From a virus (Duplodnaviria; Caudoviricetes), in the IMG/VR virus record IMGVR_UViG_3300011339_000897, positions 1-38,146 of that record: 38,146 bases of DNA; one strand, written 5' to 3'. The notes beneath the pieces were generated by a model. It was not told the origin of the DNA, did not search any database, and saw only the letters and a program-made list of their open reading frames with translations. Shown here piece after piece: positions 26,224 through 35,390 of the stretch; position 1 is the first letter of the stretch, and each line of letters opens with the position of its first letter. The translations under genes and the position numbers were made by a program.

Positions 26224-26247
26224 TGCTGATTGTCAGATGTCAAGCTT
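26224..26247 (-). promoter_or_regulatory. Late-gene motif AAGCTTGACA-N14-ATG
   Basis: TTGACA at 26243-26238; ATG 26223. Confidence 0.6.
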
Positions 26248-26472
26248 ACGCCAAGGCTTGTTTTTTAGCATTTTGCGAACGTCGGCCATCACAAGGCTTT
26301 CTCGTCCGTCGCTTGGCCATTGGGTCTCATTGCCTTGCATTAAGTAAGAGACGTGCATGTACGCCAATCCTCGTGACAAAGGAAGATCCCACAGAATGGA
26401 ATCCTCATCCAGCCCGGTCATTTGATGCACTAAGGCGACGTAATAGGCAGACCAGACCGGATACGCTAAGGC
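26233..26472 (-). CDS. Tail assembly chaperone, -1 frameshift extension (lambda gpT-like part of gpGT)
   Basis: The -1 frame is open from the slippery site: ALAYPVWSAYYVALVHQMTGLDEDSILWDLPLSRG...KLDI*. Confidence 0.8.
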   Translation of the reverse strand, partial: ALAYPVWSAYYVALVHQMTGLDEDSILWDLPLSRGLAYMHVSYLMQGNETQWPSDGRESLVMADVRKMLKNKPWRKLDI

Positions 26473-26918
26473 TTTTTTACTTGAACCCCTTCCGCCGGCA
26501 AGACTTCAGACTGATTGGCAGATGAATCGTTTAGAATTCTAATACCAAGAGACACGGCTTCAGCCTCCATGCTGATTGGAGCTTTTTCGTCGCACCAATC
26601 TTCAAACGCATCCAAGGCAGCCGCCATTCCTTGCGCTCTCAACTCCTTAAGTTCTGCTTTTGGTGTCGAGCAAACAAAGATCAATGCTTTTGCTAATGGC
26701 GTAAACAAAACCACGTCGTCAAAACACTGCTGGAGTAAAGGAAATCCGGCTTTGTGGCAGAGTGATGACCAGAGATCCTTTCTAGCCGAAGTCAGTCCTT
26801 CAAACTGTTTGCCGCCCCATGAATAACCGCTGTTAAAGGCGGCTTCCCTCTTCTTTTCAGCAGCTTGTTCTGTTGGAAGGTCAAGAATTGAAATGTCTCT
26901 TTCGGCGAGTGAATTCAT
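26466..26918 (-). CDS. Tail assembly chaperone (lambda gpG-like, 150 aa)
   Basis: Ends GTA AAA AAG CCT TAG; A AAA AAG slippery heptamer at 26478-26472; upstream of the tape measure gene. Confidence 0.8.
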   Translation of the reverse strand: MNSLAERDISILDLPTEQAAEKKREAAFNSGYSWGGKQFEGLTSARKDLWSSLCHKAGFPLLQQCFDDVVLFTPLAKALIFVCSTPKAELKELRAQGMAAALDAFEDWCDEKAPISMEAEAVSLGIRILNDSSANQSEVLPAEGVQVKKP

Positions 26919-27316
26919 GGTCTGCCACTATGCAGGAATCGTTCAGCCATTGCAAGCCCCTCACCTGTAATATTTTCTCGCACGTAGGCAGTCCGCTTGC
27001 TCCCTTTGATGCTGATCAAGATCATCCTTTCCGCTGCCTGTACCGCGCGGGTGACGGCGTGCCTGTTCTTGATTGCCGTTATTGCATAAAGCAATGGATG
27101 CTCTGGATCGACTTTTTCAAGTTCTCCGCTTTTCAAGAGCTTCATCAATTGCCCAGTGCGAAACTCGGGATTGGTTGCGCTTTCAGTGGCAAGAAACACT
27201 GTCACATATTCCTTGCCCGTGTCCGCTCTTACCTGCACGTCGGGCTTCATTGGCACGCCGATTGTGCCAAACGCCGCCGCTAGATCAAGGTCATTGCATG
27301 GAATCCATGTGTGCAT
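26915..27316 (-). CDS. hypothetical protein between tail tube and chaperone (133 aa)
   Basis: ATG ORF, ATGA-coupled to the chaperone. Confidence 0.7.
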   Translation of the reverse strand: MHTWIPCNDLDLAAAFGTIGVPMKPDVQVRADTGKEYVTVFLATESATNPEFRTGQLMKLLKSGELEKVDPEHPLLYAITAIKNRHAVTRAVQAAERMILISIKGSKRTAYVRENITGEGLAMAERFLHSGRP

Positions 27317-27319
27317 CCA

Positions 27320-27721
27320 CTACACAAACGGATATTGCTTAACTGTAAAGGTCGTCTTTGCAATTTCTTCGTTTGTCTCCGATCGGCTTGGGTCAAGGTA
27401 GACCATTACGCCGTCGGTCGGAACAAAACCAAAGGTGTCGGCGGTAAAGTTTGCCAATGCCATCACCTGCTCGCCCGGATGGCCATTAGAGAGCGCGCCA
27501 GTGCGGTTGCTGATATATCCATCAAAGGCAAACGAAATTGTCGGGTTGCGGTACTCTAAAGCAAACGTGACACCCCGCGCATCCATATAGGCTTTTTCAT
27601 CCCGCGTAGCAGTGGTGGTCAGTGACTGCACCAGAATATCTGGCGTGGTTGGATTTGATTCATTCAACAAGGTAGTTGAAGGAATGTTCCCATAGCGGAT
27701 GATTGCATCGACGGCGGCCAT
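27320..27721 (-). CDS. Putative major tail (tube) protein (133 aa)
   Basis: Position; beta-rich pattern such as ISFAFDGY and TTFTVKQYP. Confidence 0.65.
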   Translation of the reverse strand: MAAVDAIIRYGNIPSTTLLNESNPTTPDILVQSLTTTATRDEKAYMDARGVTFALEYRNPTISFAFDGYISNRTGALSNGHPGEQVMALANFTADTFGFVPTDGVMVYLDPSRSETNEEIAKTTFTVKQYPFV

Positions 27722-27746
27722 ATTATTGACGGGTGTGTCAATCTTA
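27722..27746 (-). promoter_or_regulatory. Late-gene motif TAAGATTGACA-N14-ATG
   Basis: TTGACA at 27741-27736; ATG 27721. Confidence 0.65.
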
Positions 27747-28229
27747 CTGTTCTGTAGTCGCGCAAACTACGGTGAAACTGTACTCGGTTGAAATCTCGTC
27801 TTCGCTCATAGTGCCGTTTGCCTGAGATTTTGCATATATCTTCACCACGTAAATGTCCTCGGTGTTGTCGATGGCGTTGATCGCATCAGGCAGCGACAAG
27901 CCATTCCAAACGCCAAACAAACGAGCTGTGACGTTCTCGCCGCGCAACTCGTGCCTTGGCCGGGGGTCACTGCCGAATGTTTGGTTTGCCTCTTCCCTGT
28001 CTTCGACCATGGCAATAGTGATCCCAACACGCCAAGCATTAGTGCCCGGAAAGACTTCCTGATTGTCTGTGGCTTGAACTGAGAAAAACGGATATTTCTC
28101 CTGCGTAAACTCTCGTCCATTACGTGCAGAAAAACCTAGAAATAACGGAAGCGAAATGAGGTCATTGGTCAGAACTGAACAGATGCGGCGTTGCAATCTG
28201 TCGCTTGGATTGATTGGATAAGTGTTCAT
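27744..28229 (-). CDS. Putative tail terminator (161 aa)
   Basis: Position before the tail tube gene; acidic; YPFFSV. Confidence 0.55.
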   Translation of the reverse strand: MNTYPINPSDRLQRRICSVLTNDLISLPLFLGFSARNGREFTQEKYPFFSVQATDNQEVFPGTNAWRVGITIAMVEDREEANQTFGSDPRPRHELRGENVTARLFGVWNGLSLPDAINAIDNTEDIYVVKIYAKSQANGTMSEDEISTEYSFTVVCATTEQ

Positions 28230-28855
28230 TACGCGAAACCTGTGCTGTTTGCGATTCTTTGCATGTCTTGGTTCATGAACTTGATGAAAATCGCTGTCAC
28301 TTCTGGAAGAGCCTCACGAAACGCTTCAGGAGCGATCTTTGCGGCTCCTTCTCGTGCATTTCGAGCAAACGCTTCTACCTTAAAAAAAGGTGATTCAGTA
28401 GCCAGCTTACCTTGGCTTCTGTTTTTAAAGACTCTTTGATTTGATGGGGTTCCTTTTAATGGAACATTAAAAAGCTTATAAGCTGGAATAAATCCAGCTC
28501 GCAAAAAATTTACTGAGTTGTTTCTAGCGTGAAAAAAATTGTCTATCTTTTCCACGATATTAACAGGAACTGGACGCCCTGATTTCTTTAAGCGATCAAA
28601 AATAATCGCTGCCGCCACAGTATTGTTGTACTGCCCCAAATTGTTTGATTTCTTTGGGTTTTTTGCTCTAGCCATCAAGTCCCTTGTGACCTTTTTTTGT
28701 CCTTTTGTCTTTTTCCTGATTCTCTTTGCAGCAAATGGCAACCAATACCGCATGGCTTTATTTACCACATCGGCATCAGTTTTGTTCTTCATTTGCCCAT
28801 ATTGAATAAGAGCACGGCGCAATGCGGCATCGTCAAAAGTGATTGTTGCACTCAT
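28229..28855 (-). CDS. Putative tail completion/neck protein (208 aa, basic)
   Basis: Position and K/R-rich composition resemble lambda gpZ/HK97 gp10-type genes. Confidence 0.55.
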   Translation of the reverse strand: MSATITFDDAALRRALIQYGQMKNKTDADVVNKAMRYWLPFAAKRIRKKTKGQKKVTRDLMARAKNPKKSNNLGQYNNTVAAAIIFDRLKKSGRPVPVNIVEKIDNFFHARNNSVNFLRAGFIPAYKLFNVPLKGTPSNQRVFKNRSQGKLATESPFFKVEAFARNAREGAAKIAPEAFREALPEVTAIFIKFMNQDMQRIANSTGFA

Positions 28856-29211
28856 GCCGCTGTCGCCTCCTTGTTTGGGTCGATAAGGTCCAGTGCATAG
28901 AATGGCCGGATCGTATTCGTCTGAATGCTGTCGATGCGAAGAGTGGCAGATGTCGCAAAGGTCGTTCCAAACTTCACCTCGTCACCGGTCTGCGGTGCCG
29001 TTGTGAACGCAGCCTTAGTGGCGTTTACGGTCAGCGTTTGATCCTTGACCACTATTGACGCCAGCAAATCACGCTGAGTGCGGCCAGTTGATTCGTAGCA
29101 TGGGATTTGTGCTCCTTGGTGCCAGATATAAAAATTCTCCGTTTGCGTCACCGCCCCGAATTTGTTTCGGATGCGGCCATGCGCGGCGGCGATGCGTTGA
29201 GCGTAGGTCAT
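28852..29211 (-). CDS. Putative head closure/head-tail joining protein (119 aa)
   Basis: Position; APQTGDEVKF..LRIDSI resembles gpFII-like proteins. Confidence 0.6.
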   Translation of the reverse strand: MTYAQRIAAAHGRIRNKFGAVTQTENFYIWHQGAQIPCYESTGRTQRDLLASIVVKDQTLTVNATKAAFTTAPQTGDEVKFGTTFATSATLRIDSIQTNTIRPFYALDLIDPNKEATAA

Positions 29212-29213
29212 AC

Positions 29214-29252
29214 AAAAAAGCGGCTGACAAGGATAGAAACCCTGTCAGCCGC
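29214..29252 (-). terminator. Rho-independent terminator after the capsid/cement genes
   Basis: GCGGCTGACA-GGGTTTCTATCCT-TGTCAGCCGC-TTTTTT. Confidence 0.85.
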
Positions 29253-29283
29253 CCACGATGAAGACAACACCCAGCACCAAAAA

Positions 29284-29691
29284 TTAAGTCAGCACTTTAA
29301 CCAAAGCAGTCCCGCCAGCGCCAGAGGCGGATGTGGTGAATTTCACCCGCAAAAACTGGAGCGTTGCAGCTGGGAGGCGAACGCGGAAGCTGGTGGCAGG
29401 AGCGCCGGCACCGCCAGCACCGGTCACGATGCGTGTGATGCCAAGCGCAGTGCCGGTGGGTGATGCAGCAGCGCCGTTAAGCACAACCGCCGTGACGGTC
29501 GCACCGTTGGCAAGCTGCCCTACCGTAAAGGCAGGGAAAGCGATTTCCAGCTCATGTTCTTCCGTGAGAAAGGACTTGCTGTTGGTGCCGAGGTTAATGT
29601 CGGCAGTAAACGCATCAGTTGCCGTGGCCGGGATGGTGGCCGGAACGGTCAGGTCAGCGTCCTGAATGTTTCGAGAGAATTCGTTTGGCAT
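29284..29691 (-). CDS. Capsid cement/decoration protein (BPP-1 Bbp16-like, 135 aa)
   Basis: Follows the major capsid gene; A/T/G-rich jelly-roll-like pattern, INLG...QFLRVKFT. Confidence 0.65.
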   Translation of the reverse strand: MPNEFSRNIQDADLTVPATIPATATDAFTADINLGTNSKSFLTEEHELEIAFPAFTVGQLANGATVTAVVLNGAAASPTGTALGITRIVTGAGGAGAPATSFRVRLPAATLQFLRVKFTTSASGAGGTALVKVLT

Positions 29692-29710
29692 GGTCTTAGA
29701 TTCTTAGAAC

Positions 29711-30652
29711 TTAGGCGGTTAGAGCTTCATCATTCAAGATGGAGTCGGTGATAACGATTGGAATGCCGTTGGATTCGCTTGGAAGAGGAGCGAATACTTC
29801 AGCACCCGAGGCGGATTTTGAGCCGGTGGCGGAAATAACCGAGGAGCGGCTGACCTGCAATTGATAGGCACTACGGCGGTTCATGAGCCAGTAGTTAGGG
29901 CGGTAGCCAACTGGGTACTTGCTGAGCAGTTCGGCCAGTTTGGCGTCGGTGACACCGGCACCAGAATCGGCGGTCGCGTCTTTAAGACGGCCTACGCTGT
30001 ACTTGCTACCGACCTGCATACCGACCCAAGCGGTCAAGTTAGCAACGTGTGCCGGGTAGACCGAGGAGGTGCCGACGTTTTCGATGCGCCACTCGCCGAG
30101 TTCAAAGGTCGTGCCAGCACCGAAAACGAGCTGAACGCCTTGCGTGTCGGTATTGATGCCGTACACAGAGGAAGCAGTTCCACCGGTGGTTCCGCCAGCA
30201 TCGACCACAAGGCCGGAGTTGAACGCGGTGTGGATAGCTTGCAGGCCGGGAAAGCCTTTGGCATCAGCGGTGGTTCCATAGATGACTTGTGAGCCGAGTT
30301 CGATCATCGCTTGGCGCATAACGCCGACCGATTCAATGTCTTTCCAAGCTTGCTCGCCATCTTCGTAAGCGCGAGCCACGGCCAAGTCAGCTTGTACCGC
30401 ACCGCTGAGAATGTAGCACTCAATGAGCTGGTTTTCGAATTCGGACTTGGTTGGAGTCGATCCTTCGTTCGCCGCGCGGAATCCGACGCCGGGATACGAG
30501 ACGCGGGAGGCGATCTTGTACGAGGTGCCGCGAATGGTGCGGGCTGGCATGATCTGAACCTCGGGAGCGTAGGTCAGGGTCTCCTCAATGAGCCCGACAA
30601 TGGTGTCAGAACCGTTGAGCTTGGCAATGTCGAGCAGGTTAGCTTGGGCCAT
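29711..30652 (-). CDS. Major capsid protein (HK97 fold, 313 aa)
   Basis: FRAANEG, VIYG..FPGL, GIPIVITDSILNDEA; position after the protease/scaffold gene. Confidence 0.88.
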   Translation of the reverse strand: MAQANLLDIAKLNGSDTIVGLIEETLTYAPEVQIMPARTIRGTSYKIASRVSYPGVGFRAANEGSTPTKSEFENQLIECYILSGAVQADLAVARAYEDGEQAWKDIESVGVMRQAMIELGSQVIYGTTADAKGFPGLQAIHTAFNSGLVVDAGGTTGGTASSVYGINTDTQGVQLVFGAGTTFELGEWRIENVGTSSVYPAHVANLTAWVGMQVGSKYSVGRLKDATADSGAGVTDAKLAELLSKYPVGYRPNYWLMNRRSAYQLQVSRSSVISATGSKSASGAEVFAPLPSESNGIPIVITDSILNDEALTA

Positions 30653-30670
30653 GGTAGTAAGAAAAAATTG

Positions 30671-31582
30671 TTAAGATTGAGCAGAAAGATAGGAAGTCTC
30701 AGAAGGAAACTTCTCAGAAAATGCGCGAGCCGCTTTGATGCGCTCAAGTCCGACTTTGCCTTCGAGAGCGGCCTTCTTGGCGTCAGCAAAAGCGATGACT
30801 GGCGCGGCGACTTCTTGCTCGTTCACTGGAGCAGAGAAGGCAGCCGGCGCAGGAGCAGCAGCAGCGAGACGAGCTTGCAGTTCGAGGTCAGCCACTGGCT
30901 TCTCAGCAAAGGCTTTGATGTCGGCGGCGATCTTCTCGCATTCGCTCGCGAGCTTGGCTTCGTAAGCCGCCATTTGCGCGGTCAATTGTTCGATCTTTTC
31001 GGACAGTGCCGAAAATTCGGAAACGAAGGAAGGAGCTTCGGGAGTTTCTGGCGCTTCTGGCGGAGTTGATGGGTCACCCATAACAGGCTCGTCGCTGTCA
31101 ATCTGATCAGCCGAAAAGACTCCATCCGCATTGGCTGCGGGGGTGTCTACAAAGTCAGCCGAATACAGACCACGCGGGCGGGTCATGTAATTGCCGCTTT
31201 CCTTGTCCAGTTCTGGAGAATCCGCTGCAAACATCAAGGAAACGCCAAAAGCGGCTGGAATCTCATTGATCATTTCGAGCAGCATATCTTTGCCGGCGTG
31301 TGCATCAAAAAGAGTCAGATCAGCAAGCAACTTTCCTTTGCTGACCCGAAAATTCTCATAATACCCAACCGTATCCTGCACCGAAGAGAAGTGGTTCAGC
31401 TTTGCCTTCACCCGTCCCTTCGCCATCGCAAGAGCTTTAAACTGTCCAAGCGACTTGCGATCCACAAACACCCCGTGACCAAGTGCTGGACCTTCCTGAA
31501 TCAAAGAAACACCCATGATGGTGTTTCCTGAAACTTTCCCTTGGAATGCTGCGAATGTCTGAATCTCTTCGGTGACTGGCAT
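30671..31582 (-). CDS. Prohead protease/scaffold (303 aa)
   Basis: GHGVFVD, KLNH, FGVSLMF and SADFVDTPAAN, then an acidic A/E-rich helical tail; start at ATG 31582. Confidence 0.75.
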   Translation of the reverse strand: MPVTEEIQTFAAFQGKVSGNTIMGVSLIQEGPALGHGVFVDRKSLGQFKALAMAKGRVKAKLNHFSSVQDTVGYYENFRVSKGKLLADLTLFDAHAGKDMLLEMINEIPAAFGVSLMFAADSPELDKESGNYMTRPRGLYSADFVDTPAANADGVFSADQIDSDEPVMGDPSTPPEAPETPEAPSFVSEFSALSEKIEQLTAQMAAYEAKLASECEKIAADIKAFAEKPVADLELQARLAAAAPAPAAFSAPVNEQEVAAPVIAFADAKKAALEGKVGLERIKAARAFSEKFPSETSYLSAQS

Positions 31583-31607
31583 ACTCGCCGCCGCAATGTC
31601 AATCTTA
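31583..31607 (-). promoter_or_regulatory. Late-gene motif TAAGATTGACA-N14-ATG
   Basis: TTGACA at 31602-31597; ATG 31582. Confidence 0.65.
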
Positions 31608-33266
31608 TGAGTCTTCCTCAGTGTCTCCCTCGGCGATGTCTTCAGCCTCATCAGCCGCAGAATCCTCCACTTCGCCCGGACTCTCGTCGTCTTCTGTCTC
31701 CTCCGCCGGCGCAGCCGCTGGTGCTGCAATAGTTGGCGCATTAGGTGCCCGGCGTTCGAGCATGTAGATGGCTGTCGGCAGATCCAGCACCCCTCCAGAT
31801 GCTTCCTGTACCATCTTTGCATCTTCCACTAGCTCCATGGCTTCCGCGCGCAACAGGTCACGGATGATCGTGCGATCCTCGCCTCGATCCGCCGCAATCT
31901 GCGTCTTTGAGATGATGCCGGCCATGGTCTCGTCGATCAGAGCCTTCGATTCACGCCCAACATCCGCAGTTACCTTTGCAGGATAGCGCCATTCACCAGA
32001 GTCAAAATCCGGGACAGTTGGCAAGTGGCCAAGTTGCATCCCACGAGCGATGACGCGCCGCACCAGAGGATTCAGTAGTTTTTCCTCCAGTGTAAGCTGC
32101 GTCATTTCAAACTCACGCGCCGCCTGTGCCGCTTCCATCCGTACCGCCGTCCCTTGACCAGCCCAGCTATAGATAAAGCCGAACGGAAGGTTCGTTGCCA
32201 TGCCGCAATTGCGAATCAGTGAGTCAAGAAAACCGTTAAACGTAGGACTAGGCCGGTTGCTTTCGACCGGGTTGAAACTTTCGCCCTCGGCCAAGTACTC
32301 AATAGTGCCCGGCTCAATCTTTTTGAGTCGATCCGCGTCCGGATTGTAGTCGTGCGAGATGTCCAGCGAGACATCTTGATCTGCCGACCCGTCCGAGTTG
32401 TTCACTACGCCCGAAATACTGGAAAGCATCTTTACCGACATCTTTTCGCACGCCAGAATCTCCATCAGATCCTTGATGTCGGTCACCGCCGCATCGAACA
32501 CCGAGAAGCCGCGATATGAGTCCAGCCGCGTCGGGTCGAACAGGTGGAGGAAGTCTTGCGCAGGCACTTCCAGCGCCGGAGTCATTGTTTCACCGGTCCG
32601 ACTGCGGTTGTAAATGCGGTATCTAACCGGCTTTCCTGCACCGTTGACGACTACACCGGAAAAGTCCTGCTCGTTCTTCTTCAACGGCTTGAATGGTCGC
32701 GTGTCGAGGCCTTCGCGGTTTACGATTGAGCCGATCCGGTCCGCCTCGATGGCTTGGATGCGGACTGGTGAGATCATCATCATCTGCTCCAGTGGCGTCA
32801 TCGGCTCTTCCAGCACGATGAATCCAATGTCACCGTCGCGCTTCATGCTGGTCACGCCTAGCCCCGCCAGCGTGCGAAAATGGTGCCGCTGGCTGGCGTC
32901 TGCGTTGGCCATCCACCTTTCAACGTAGGCGCCGATCTGCTTGTTGACCGCCTCATTGCTGGTGCGAGCGACATATTGCAACCGGCCAACAGAAAACGTG
33001 CGGTACTTTCGCAAAATAGACTTGATGATCGAGCTGTTTTCCTCCAGCCATCGCGCTTCACGGATCAAGGTGACCCGATCCGTGTGATTCCGCGAGGAAT
33101 CCGGCTGATCGAGCGTCTGCCCGCTGGCTTTGCGGTTTGTGCTTGATTGCGCACCGACCCGCCAGAATCCCACCCTTTCGCCGACATCGAGAGCCGCTTT
33201 AGCACGCGCACGCTCCAAAGCGAGCTTCGGATTTACGGCGCGGATCATTGATTCGAGGTAAGTCAT
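31605..33266 (-). CDS. Portal protein, lambda family (553 aa)
   Basis: REARWLEENS, RDGD, IQAIEADRI, GKPVRYRI, LHLFDPTRLDSYRG, IEPGTIEYL. Confidence 0.92.
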   Translation of the reverse strand: MTYLESMIRAVNPKLALERARAKAALDVGERVGFWRVGAQSSTNRKASGQTLDQPDSSRNHTDRVTLIREARWLEENSSIIKSILRKYRTFSVGRLQYVARTSNEAVNKQIGAYVERWMANADASQRHHFRTLAGLGVTSMKRDGDIGFIVLEEPMTPLEQMMMISPVRIQAIEADRIGSIVNREGLDTRPFKPLKKNEQDFSGVVVNGAGKPVRYRIYNRSRTGETMTPALEVPAQDFLHLFDPTRLDSYRGFSVFDAAVTDIKDLMEILACEKMSVKMLSSISGVVNNSDGSADQDVSLDISHDYNPDADRLKKIEPGTIEYLAEGESFNPVESNRPSPTFNGFLDSLIRNCGMATNLPFGFIYSWAGQGTAVRMEAAQAAREFEMTQLTLEEKLLNPLVRRVIARGMQLGHLPTVPDFDSGEWRYPAKVTADVGRESKALIDETMAGIISKTQIAADRGEDRTIIRDLLRAEAMELVEDAKMVQEASGGVLDLPTAIYMLERRAPNAPTIAAPAAAPAEETEDDESPGEVEDSAADEAEDIAEGDTEEDS

Positions 33267-33538
33267 AGAACGAGTGTACTAAAGTCTGCTTTGAGGCGGT
33301 TCGAGATGGCTGGGTATTTGACCGGATCGAGCTGGTGCATCCTCCGCATGACCGCGCGCATCAAGGTCATGACTGGCACGCCCCCATCATTGCCGCTGGA
33401 TCGCGTTTCAGACTCACCACCGCCCGAGGTTGAAATGACCATGGTGCCCTGACCATCAGCCAGCGCCGTGAGACACTGGTCATAAAGCGTCTCGCAGTAT
33501 TGCAGCGAAGCGTATCGTAAAATTGAAGGGCCGCCCAT
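33263..33538 (-). CDS. Head-tail adaptor in the lambda gpW position (91 aa)
   Basis: Between terL and portal; ISTSGGGES hairpin; start at ATG 33538. Confidence 0.65.
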   Translation of the reverse strand: MGGPSILRYASLQYCETLYDQCLTALADGQGTMVISTSGGGESETRSSGNDGGVPVMTLMRAVMRRMHQLDPVKYPAISNRLKADFSTLVL

Positions 33539-33560
33539 AAAGTCATCCTGTCTGTCAAGC
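33539..33560 (-). promoter_or_regulatory. Late-gene motif GCTTGACA-N14-ATG
   Basis: TTGACA at 33558-33553 contains the terL TGA stop; ATG 33538. Confidence 0.6.
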
Positions 33561-35390
33561 GTTGACAGCGTACTGCTCGATTGCTTGCGGCGCTTTTGGC
33601 GACGGTGTTTCAAATATGTCCGCCGTGCCTAGCCGCTTTTCAATGTAAGCCGCCATCACTTGCATCCCTTCACAGTCAAACGAATGGTTTGGCCCCAGTT
33701 TCTTAAAATAGTTTTTGTTTTTGCCGGTTTTCTTGTCTTTTTCAATAACAAAGACCTCGTTCTGGATTTCTGTATAATAATATTTTGGAGCGTTGTTTGC
33801 GACCTGCCATGATGCTCCCTGCCCTGCGCGCAAACGATGCAAGATTTGCTTCATCGGGTCAGAGCACATTACAATACGTTTAGCGAGGTCTGCTTTTCTG
33901 GCTCCTCTTACTTTTGATCGAGCAAGACCTACACCAGAATCAATGTATTGAACCTGCGAGTATGGCCTTCTAACTTGTTGTGCCTTTCCATTTCGCTTAT
34001 CAATAATCGTCCACGTAAAAAATTGAGCTTTGTCTCCTTTAACTGCCCACCAATGGTTGTCCGCGCACTGCCGATAAACCTCACCTTGATAGCGTTCAAA
34101 ACCGCAATCAATAAAAACTCTACTGTCGTTAATGTTAAACCTCTTCTGTAAATCAACTAATTGCTGCCAAGTGTGCAGCTCCCCAGCGTAAAAGAGGCGA
34201 GAATCGCCGTTTTCAGCCCATAAACGCACCACCACCCGGAAATAGTCGCGTTGCACGTCCACGGTCATGTATCGGCTAAACTCTTGATCCCATTCCTCCT
34301 CCATAGCGAAGGAACCCGACAAGTTTACCTCTTCGCTTTGGAATTCTCGCATGTCCCAAAACTCGCCCAGCCTCTTGCGAACAAACTCCGCCAATGGTGA
34401 GTAATCGCCTAGTTTGCGTGAGTATTCAGCCTTAAGGAACTCGCTCGCTATCGTGTCCCACGCGACCCACGGCACGGTCAGCGCATTCCAATGGTAGCTT
34501 TTTACGCGCGGATCTGGTGAGGAGTTCTGGTTGAGGTAAAATCCGCTGTTTGCTATCGACCTCCTCACCCGTGGATCGTCCTTCAACATGACGTGACAAG
34601 CGGGGCATTCGTAACGAACAGTATTACGGATGCGAGCGAGGTCGTACTTACCGTCTGCCAACTTTGATCCTTCACCGTCCCACCGCAGTTGTGACAAGAC
34701 CATGGGCCAGTGCTCGTTACACTCAGGGCAGCGGACTTGCCACTCACTGCATGAGCCAGCCATGAATGACTCGTAGAACTCGCCACTGTTGTTCATCGGC
34801 GTCGATACGTAGATGCGCTTGCTGTTGCGCGCATCAAACGATGTTGTCCGCTTGCGTGACTCGTCGATGTGCCCGTGTGGCCAATAGGCGGCTTCGTCCC
34901 CGATGACGTACTTCGCCGCCTTCGACTGAAGGTTATGGATGTTGTTCGCTCCCATCACATATTGGGTCATGTGAGCAAACGCCACAGTCCTTTTCTGGAT
35001 GGACTTGTCACCACGAGCGAGCAGTTTTGTGACCGGTTTACAATCCAGAATGCGATGTTTAAACCGCGTATCAAGGAACTCGTCTGCGTGCTCGTCGGTC
35101 TGAAGGTAAAGGCACATATCACCACCTTCCTCCGCGATCAGGTAAAGCATCGCACCTTCCGCTAAAGCCGTCTTTGCACTTTGCACTGAACACGCGCAGA
35201 TGATCTCCCGCGTCTCGTGGTTCTTTAGCTGCGTCAGCGGCTCTTTGATCCATGGCGAGTTCTTCGTGTCGAAAGCACCCAAGATCGGCCCACGCTCAAA
35301 TCGAACATGCGTTTTAAGCCAATCCTCCACTTGCAGCTTAGGCGTTGGGCGGAAGATTTCCCTCACGGCATTGTAAATGATTGAACTCAT
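33555..35390 (-). CDS. terL: Terminase large subunit, lambda gpA family (611 aa)
   Basis: SPWIKEP, SVQSAKT Walker A, VIGDEAA Walker B, STP, CPEC/CPAC, TVDVQ, FIDCG, NHSFDC. Confidence 0.93.
   Translation of the reverse strand: MSSIIYNAVREIFRPTPKLQVEDWLKTHVRFERGPILGAFDTKNSPWIKEPLTQLKNHETREIICACSVQSAKTALAEGAMLYLIAEEGGDMCLYLQTDEHADEFLDTRFKHRILDCKPVTKLLARGDKSIQKRTVAFAHMTQYVMGANNIHNLQSKAAKYVIGDEAAYWPHGHIDESRKRTTSFDARNSKRIYVSTPMNNSGEFYESFMAGSCSEWQVRCPECNEHWPMVLSQLRWDGEGSKLADGKYDLARIRNTVRYECPACHVMLKDDPRVRRSIANSGFYLNQNSSPDPRVKSYHWNALTVPWVAWDTIASEFLKAEYSRKLGDYSPLAEFVRKRLGEFWDMREFQSEEVNLSGSFAMEEEWDQEFSRYMTVDVQRDYFRVVVRLWAENGDSRLFYAGELHTWQQLVDLQKRFNINDSRVFIDCGFERYQGEVYRQCADNHWWAVKGDKAQFFTWTIIDKRNGKAQQVRRPYSQVQYIDSGVGLARSKVRGARKADLAKRIVMCSDPMKQILHRLRAGQGASWQVANNAPKYYYTEIQNEVFVIEKDKKTGKNKNYFKKLGPNHSFDCEGMQVMAAYIEKRLGTADIFETPSPKAPQAIEQYAVNA

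Noticed and set aside
20594-30674. Further late-motif candidates: TTAACA-N16 (capsid), TTGTCA-N13 (29211), TTGACC-N16 (20593)
   Set aside because: Both hexamer and spacing deviate, and the 29211 case is part of a terminator stem; not counted.
27725-33568. Palindromic operator reading of the motif (ATTGAC-N6-GTCAAT at 27725-27742; CTGTCAA-N3-TTGACAG at 33552-33568)
   Set aside because: Only two sites are palindromic, with different geometry, so dyad symmetry is not the shared feature.
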